The position numbers and the translations under genes are program-made. The notes under the pieces are model-generated. The model searched no databases. It saw only the letters and a program-made list of their open reading frames with translations, and was not told the origin of the DNA. A DNA stretch of 64,000 bases from positions 93,620,001 to 93,684,000 of the forward strand of contig OZ024746.1 in assembly GCA_964016885.1 (NCBI GenBank), written 5' to 3'. The first letter of the stretch is position 1. Each line of letters starts with the position of its first letter. Positions 56,706 through 64,000 of the stretch are shown here, in pieces. The stretch comes from Eledone cirrhosa (taxonomy: Eukaryota).

Positions 56706-57561
56706 GTAGGTTTTTAATCCTTTTAATCCTTTAACATTTACATTACTTTCACAGTAAACACTTTATCTTACATAATTATTTCACATAATATCGAATATAT
56801 GAGATTTTGATATTATTTATTTTGAGAACAATACCTTAACATCAGTATGTATGGCCAGTTATGACCTGTTTGAACAGAAAGAGAGAATTCTGGCCAGATA
56901 TGGCTGGTTTAAATACTAAAGGGTTAAACTTAAAATGCAAAAAGTCAAAATATATAACAATAACACAAGGCACTTTGTCCATTGTTTTAACAATTCCTTC
57001 ATATATATATCATAATCAGTTCTGTATGAGCAAGACATGGTCACTCGACCTAGCATTGCCCACAACAGAACAACTTTTCTAACCCATGCTAGCATGGAAA
57101 ATAGACATAAAACAGTGATGATGATGATGATGATGATGGTGATATATCATCATCAGCATCACTGTTTCACATCTATTTTCCATGAAAGTTAATGGTTTGT
57201 TAAGGAGGAAAGAGGGATGAAGTATGAATGGGTAGACTAATTAACAGTTTAATTTACTGCTTAATTTGCTTTGCATCATTAATTTATCATAATTTTAGGA
57301 GTTTTTCGTAGTTTACAATCTAAAACAAAGAAGCAAGCAATATGGTCGCAACACTTGGTTGAAACTGTAGACTGCTGGAACATATGTACATGAAATATGT
57401 CCCCACACCCTGGGATCATTTGAGAGGTCAATAGCGCTGATCAAGTACTGACTTGGTTTGTGACCACCTGTTCAACCATTGCTAGGAGAACAGATATCAC
57501 TTAATAATGATGATATGCTACCAATAGCACAGGATTTAACAAAAATATAAGCTTAGTAATA

Positions 57562-58024
57562 CCCCTATTGGCACTCACCCTATTGGCACTCACTCTATTG
57601 GCACTCACCCTATTGGCACTCACCCCTATTGGCTCTCACCCCTATTGGCACTCACCCTATTGGCACTCACCCCTATTGGCTCTCACCCCTATTGGCTCTC
57701 ACCCCTATTGGCTCTCACCCCTATTGGCACTCACCCTATTGGCACTCACCCCTATTGGCTCTCACCCCTATTGGCACTCACCCTATTGGCACTCACCCCT
57801 ATTGGCTCTCATCCCTATTGGCTCTCACCCCTATTGGCTCTCACCCCTATTGGCTCTCACCCCTATTGGCACTCACCCCTATTGGCTCTCACCCCTATTG
57901 GCTCTCATCCCTATTGGCTCTCACCCCTATTGGCACTCACCCCTATTGGCTCTCACCCCTATTGGCTCTCACCCCTATTGGCTCTCACCCCTATTGGCTC
58001 TCACCCCTATTGGCTCTCACCCCT
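57562..58024. repeat. 15/16-bp minisatellite (cccctattggc[t/a]ctca), ~30 units
   Basis: Direct reading. Confidence 0.97.
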
Positions 58025-58052
58025 GTTGATGGATATAGGATATTGTAGATAT

Positions 58053-58124
58053 TCCCCAGTAGTGTAGTGGTAAGTATCTCTGCCTGTCACGCAAGAGACT
58101 GGGGTTCGATTCCCCACTGTGGAG
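58053..58124 (+). tRNA. tRNA-Asp(GTC) gene or pseudogene
   Basis: 72 nt, collinear with canonical eukaryotic tRNA-Asp: D loop tagtggtaa, anticodon loop ctGTCac, T arm tgggg-ttcgatt-cccca. One mismatch each in the acceptor and anticodon stems, and no adjacent T-run terminator. Confidence 0.8.
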
Positions 58125-59941
58125 GTGTAAATCATGTTAGCATGGAAAATGGACATTAAACTGTGATGATGATGATGATGATGATGATGATAAACAATAT
58201 TCTAACGAATTTGTTACAACGTTCCATTGAAAGACCTTTATTACTGGTTTTAGTCAATAGGCTGCGGCCATGCTGGGGCACCACCGTGGTTTAGTTGATC
58301 GTATTGACCCCAGTTTTTATATTTTCAAGTCTAGTACTTATTTTATTAATCTTTACATTCTCCATATTTATTATGTTAACGTTGAGCAAATGGGGTCCAT
58401 GCACTGGCCACCCCATGGCCCCAATGGACAGAATAGAGAAGGCGTTTTCACAAAGGATGGTGACAGAGATGTCTGGATGTAGCCATTCCATCTCACGAGG
58501 CTAACACCTGCAGATAGCCAACTCTGTGCTGATGGTGGTGAGTAGAGAGGTGGCTCTAGGGCCAAGGACACCAGAGGTCTCCACTGCTACAGGGTACCGA
58601 TGGTGATGAGTAGGGAGGGAGGTGACCCTAGAGCCAAGGACACCAGAAGTCTCCACTGCTATGGGCTCAACTGCAAACCTGTCAGAGAGCGACCAATATT
58701 TGTAGAGTTTACCCTCCTCAGTCCGAAATGCAGCAGAACCTGAGTTAATCTATTTTTGTTGAACAGCTTCACCAGGTGTTACAAGTCCATACATACTTAC
58801 AATTACCTGCTTATGACCAATCCTTTATGCTGTTGCTCATCCTAGTGGAAATAGCAGGTTAATCTTTTCTGTCTTGAAAAGGAAGAATGGATAACATTAT
58901 CAATGGCTTGAATAAAAGAAGAAAAATGACAGGCTGGTTTGTACTGGAATGTCTTTGATCATAAATATCAGGTCTGAATGGCACTCAACAACAACTAAAA
59001 CAAGAGGCCCTCCCTCCCCCACCATCGACCATCTCTTCTACCTCCACCGCCACCTCCATCTCCACTTTCCTCTTTCAACAAAAACAACTTCCTTGATTCT
59101 TCACTTCAGATCAACAATTCAACATTTCCTCCTCATTAACAGAATTACTTGTTTTTAGAGATATTTTCTGGAAAATGATTACAGGATGTTTAGAGATCAT
59201 CATCATTATCATCATCATCATCACTGTTTAACGTCCATTTTTCCATGCTAGCATGGGTTAGACGAGTTGTCCCGTTGTGAACAATGCCAGGTCAGGTGAC
59301 CATATCTTGCTCATACAGAACTGATTTTGGCTTGGTTTCTACAGCTGAATGCCCTTCCTAACATAATAGTGTAAATGTTTACAAAGATCTGTTCAGTAGT
59401 AAATACACCTAAAACATTTGAATTAACAAACCAACTTTTAGATATTTTCTGCTAAATCATTGCAGGATGTTAAGAATTAAATATAAGAGGTCAGATTGGA
59501 CAATGAAGTCATTTCTGATATACACGTAAACAGGATGTTCACAGGGGGAATATCTTTGATCATATGTCGGCTCAACTATGTCTGACTTAGAGTTAAACAA
59601 CTACAACTGTTATCTCCACTAAATGCAGGATCCAAGAAAATACCAAAATAGTTTAGGAAATTAAATAGCTACTTCTGTAAAAGCTTTAACCCTTTTGCAT
59701 TTAAACTGGCCATATCCAGCTAGAATTCTCTCACCTCTTTCTGTTCAAATTGGCCGTAACTGGCCACTCATACTGATGTTAAGGTTTAACACTTTAGCAT
59801 TTAAACCAGCCATATCTGGCCAGAATTCTCTCACCTCTTTCTGTTCAAACTAGCTGTAACTGGCCACTCATAACAATGTTAAGTTTTAAGCCTTTAGCAT
59901 TTAAACCGGCCGTATCCTGCTAGTATTCTCTCTGCATTCTG

Positions 59942-60385
59942 CCAGTATTCTTTCTTGCCCTCTTTAGTCTGATGTGCAGCAAAGCCTGGGCTGGTAGCTG
60001 ATTGCACCAGATTGCCACTGGCGAAAGTGTTGCAACATGTAGCATCCCAGATGGATGACCTATCACTGCAGAACGGGAAGAATGTCATGTTATCTGGCCT
60101 TGAGCTGGGACAGGAAGCCTGCAGCATCCAGGCCATGCTTTATGATCTCATTAAGAGCAGTATGGCATAGGACACAGCCAACACTATGATGCCATAACAG
60201 TGGGAGGTGGCCAAAATAATCCACAGTGGATCTGCAGTGGCATTTGTGAGGCTCACAGATCTGGAGACCGAGCCTCAAGGAAACACCAATGCAACACAAA
60301 TAGTTGCTATCCAGCTGAGTATGAATCAAGAGTGATGGTATTGAGTTAAGCCAGGCACCTCTGCAGAGTTTGGGCTGGAGTGGGG
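59942..60385 (-). mobile_element. CRE-clade retrotransposon fragment (zinc finger + REL endonuclease)
   Basis: GAWLNSIP...GVSLRLGLQICEPHKCHCRSTVDYFGH...HTALNEIIK...RPDNMTFFPF...IWDATCCNTFA. Confidence 0.8.
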
Positions 60386-60583
60386 AAGCCAATATTAGTA
60401 ATATTGATATTAGTAATAGATATTGCTTTATCACATGCAGATGGGAAGACAGGTCTTCTACAGTACTGTATGAAAAGAGGAGGGGGAGAAGTGTTGCATA
60501 CTAGAGACCAATATATACATATATATATATATATATTTATAAAATATTCAGACAGTCTCAGACGCGAGCCTGCATATTAAATC

Positions 60584-60671
60584 ATATCTGAGAAGCTTCC
60601 GATTCCAGAGTCAGGTTCGATCATTAATAGATCATTCCTCGAGCTGATCGACAGTGAAACATATGTAATAT
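60584..60671 (+). ncRNA. Hammerhead with long stem II (core mutated) in PLE-like terminus 60540-60805
   Basis: atat-CTGAGAA-[61-nt imperfect hairpin]-GAAA-catatg-TA-atat, with ttgagtgc downstream at 60755. Confidence 0.6.
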
Positions 60672-60821
60672 ATAATTAAATATGTATATGATGCAACACT
60701 GATTCTTTGTTCCCTTATATATTAATACTATTGATACTCTGCTCCCCAACAACATTGAGTGCTCACCTGGCATACCACCTATGGACGCAATTAACTTTCA
60801 CCTTTAAACACACATATATAC

Positions 60822-60852
<31 letters not shown>

Positions 60853-61202
60853 AGTGTAAGGTGGTGGTGCTGGCACCATGAAAAGATGGTCATGCTCCCA
60901 GTATGTACTGTCAAGTGGTTGGCATTAGGAAAAGCATCCAGCTTTAGAAAAGTTGCTGAATATGGAACATATGAGCAAGACATGGTCATTTGACTGATCT
61001 AGTCAGAGAACCTGACAGCTCATCCTACACATGCAAGTATGGAGTGTAATCATTAAATGGTGATAATGATTATATATATATATATATGATTCCACTTCTT
61101 CACAGAAATAACAACACTACCAGCAGCTGGACATATCGATGGATTGACGAAGTAAAACACACTTCAACAACATGTCTACCTGTCTTTTCCACACCAATTC
61201 GG

Positions 61203-61257
61203 ACTGCCTGAAGAGGTGACAGCCAATGATGGCTGTCACCGAAATATATATAGCAGT
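61203..61257 (+). ncRNA. Type-I hammerhead ribozyme (best-formed copy) in PLE-like terminus 61088-61316
   Basis: actgc-CTGAAGA-ggtgacagcca(atga)tggctgtcacc-GAAA-tatata-TA-gcagt. Perfect stems I (5 bp) and II (11 bp). Confidence 0.9.
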
Positions 61258-61308
61258 ATATCTATAATTTATAATAAACAAAGCCAAATTTTACATATTT
61301 GACTTAAT

Positions 61309-61350
<42 letters not shown>

Positions 61351-61532
61351 CTAAATCCAAAATTACGATAAAATGAATTAAATGAATTTAATCTAAATCG
61401 AAATCATGGGTGTCATGTCATAATGCATGCGCCATATATCCTGGGAATTTAAGCTCAAAGATAAATCTGAGCATATTATAATAACTAGAGGTTAATCAAC
61501 CTCTAGTTATTATATATTTATATATATATATT

Positions 61533-61570
<38 letters not shown>

Positions 61571-61743
61571 AATATATATTTATATATATATTTATATATA
61601 TTTATATATATATATTTATATATATATATATTTATATATATATATATATATTTATATATATTGCATTGTAACATAAATTCCCGGTGATTTGTGAAAACAA
61701 ACAAATTATAACAACGGCGGGACTTTATGTTACAACCCAATAT

Positions 61744-61808
<65 letters not shown>

Positions 61809-62033
61809 ACAGGTGTGTGATGAAAGAACTTGATAGACTATATGTATATATTTATACCTATACTTTTAACCGTTGGTCAATCAATGATAAATATTGATTG
61901 CCAGCTAAATTAACTATAGTGATATAAAATTATAAAATATACAAAAGCAAAAACCAATCCAAACCAAACAGTGAGTGTGTTTTATTATTATTTCTGCAAT
62001 ATTATAACAATATGACCCTCCCCAAATATAACA

Positions 62034-62088
<55 letters not shown>

Positions 62089-62441
62089 TATATATATATA
62101 TGGAGGCACATGGCTTAGTGGTTAGAGCATTGGCCTTGCAATCGAAAGGTTGTGAGTTCAATTCTCAGACCGAGTGATGTGTTGTTTCTTTGAGCAAGAC
62201 ACTTTATTTCACATTGCTCCAGTTTACTCAGCTGTAGAAATGAGATGATAGGACTGGGGTCCATATCATTCCACTGCAAAGTGGTCGTGTAGGTGCCACG
62301 GCAAAAAAGCACCCAGCACTCACTGTAAATGAGGTTAGTGTTAGGAAGGGCATCCAGCTGTAGAAATCAAGCCAGCATCAGTTCCCGTCCCACCCTTGCA
62401 AGCAGGGAAAAAGCGGACGTAAAATGAAATGATGATGATGA

Positions 62442-62483
<42 letters not shown>

Positions 62484-63539
62484 GGAGGCACATGGCTTAG
62501 TGGTTAGAGCATTGGCCTTGCAATCGAAAGGTTGTGAGTTCAATTGTCAGACCGGGTGATGTGTTGATTCCTTGAGCAAGACACTTTATTTCACATTGCT
62601 CCAGTTCACTCAGCTGTAGAAATGAGATGATAGGGACTGGAGGTCCCTATCATGCCACTGCAAAGTGGTCGTGTGGGAGCCACGGCAAAAAAGCACCCAG
62701 CTTTTTGTAAAGTGGACGTATAGGCGCCATGGGAAAAAAGCACCCACCACTCTCTGTAAATGAGGTTGATGTTAGGAAGGGCATCCAGCTGTAGAAATCA
62801 ATCCAGAATCAGTTCCATCACCATCCGGCTCTGGTCATATCTGTCTGTATGCCTGGCTGTCTGCATTACGACATTCTGACGAACATTGATGACGTATATA
62901 TGCATATATACAAACACACACACACCGACCACAACTAAATATGGAATGATACGCGATGGGGCCCCTCCTCCCCCAGCCCCGGTGATCAGAATAGAGAAGG
63001 CGTTTCCCCCGGAGGACAGCAAGGGAGACGCGCTGGAAAAGCCACTCCAACTCGCGGGGGCTCACACCTGCAGCTGGCCAGCTCAGCGCCTATGGTGATG
63101 AGTAGGGAGGTAGCCCTAGGGCCAAGGACACCAAAGGTCTCCACTGCCAGGATACAAAACATTTAACTTTTTCTGGAACCGTTCCTTCAGCAATTGTTGA
63201 TTCATCTACCAACTTTTCTAATGAAGCGAAAACAAAGGCTCAAGTATGTTGCTTTAATAACTTGAACACCCAACGATCACAAAGATTTAAACTGCGACAA
63301 TAGGGTGATTGTTTGATCATTGCCACTCTTCTCCTCTGGTAAAAAATCTTTTGTGGATTTAGCAGTTTGATGTGTGTATCATAAACTCATAAGAATGACA
63401 GCAAAATAATTATGCATAGGCCTGTGACAAAATACAGCATTGATACAGAATATCACATGTGTACAACAAGTTCAAATTCCAACTAATATTAATTACATTT
63501 ACTGCTATATATGGCACACAGCCTACTATTGTACACCAA

Positions 63540-63598
<59 letters not shown>

Positions 63599-64000
63599 TA
63601 CACACACACATATATACATATGCATACACACAAACATACATATCATTTTACAGACCAACTCTGTACTTAATACATATAAAATTCCGGTGGCCAGGTGTTA
63701 CATAAACATACCTATTGATATTTCAGTGGATGTAGAAAGGAGTCCCCACTCCTCTCCTCTTCCTTCCAGTAGTTTTACCTGTACTGTCATAAATGGATGT
63801 CTCTATTTTCACAGTTTGCTGCTGTTTTTCAGCACAGAAAATTTTGAGCAAGAATACTTTTCAGGAATATCGAAACAGGAAAGATTTGATGTATTCCTCA
63901 CCACCATTACCACTACCACTACCACCACCACTACCACCACCACCACCACCACTACCACCACCACCACCACCACTACCACCACTACCACCAACACCGCCAA

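Overview
Eukaryotic, gene-poor, repeat-saturated DNA. The dense (TA)n/(CA)n/(GA)n microsatellites and the SINE families suggest an invertebrate, most likely an octopus or other cephalopod (inference). No host gene can be called with confidence, and almost all ORFs in the track are microsatellite read-through. The window holds: one near-complete Penelope-like retroelement (PLE; RT plus C-terminal GIY-YIG, about 8441-12425) with ~565-bp inverted termini; two Tx1/L1 LINE copies; RTE, CRE and mariner fragments; two abundant tRNA-derived SINE families; piggyBac/hAT/Tc1 MITEs; six minisatellite arrays (two built from SINE sequence); and a tRNA-Asp(GTC) gene or pseudogene. The most striking hidden layer is more than 20 short elements from at least 8 unrelated families inserted in (TA)n tracts. 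They carry type-I hammerhead ribozymes (about 10 near-complete cores readable by eye, with palindromic loop III), most fold back into an inverted repeat whose axis lies in or next to the ribozyme, and most share a TTGAGTRC motif near their 3' end. Coordinates were counted by eye and may be off by a few bases. No folding, alignment or database search was run.
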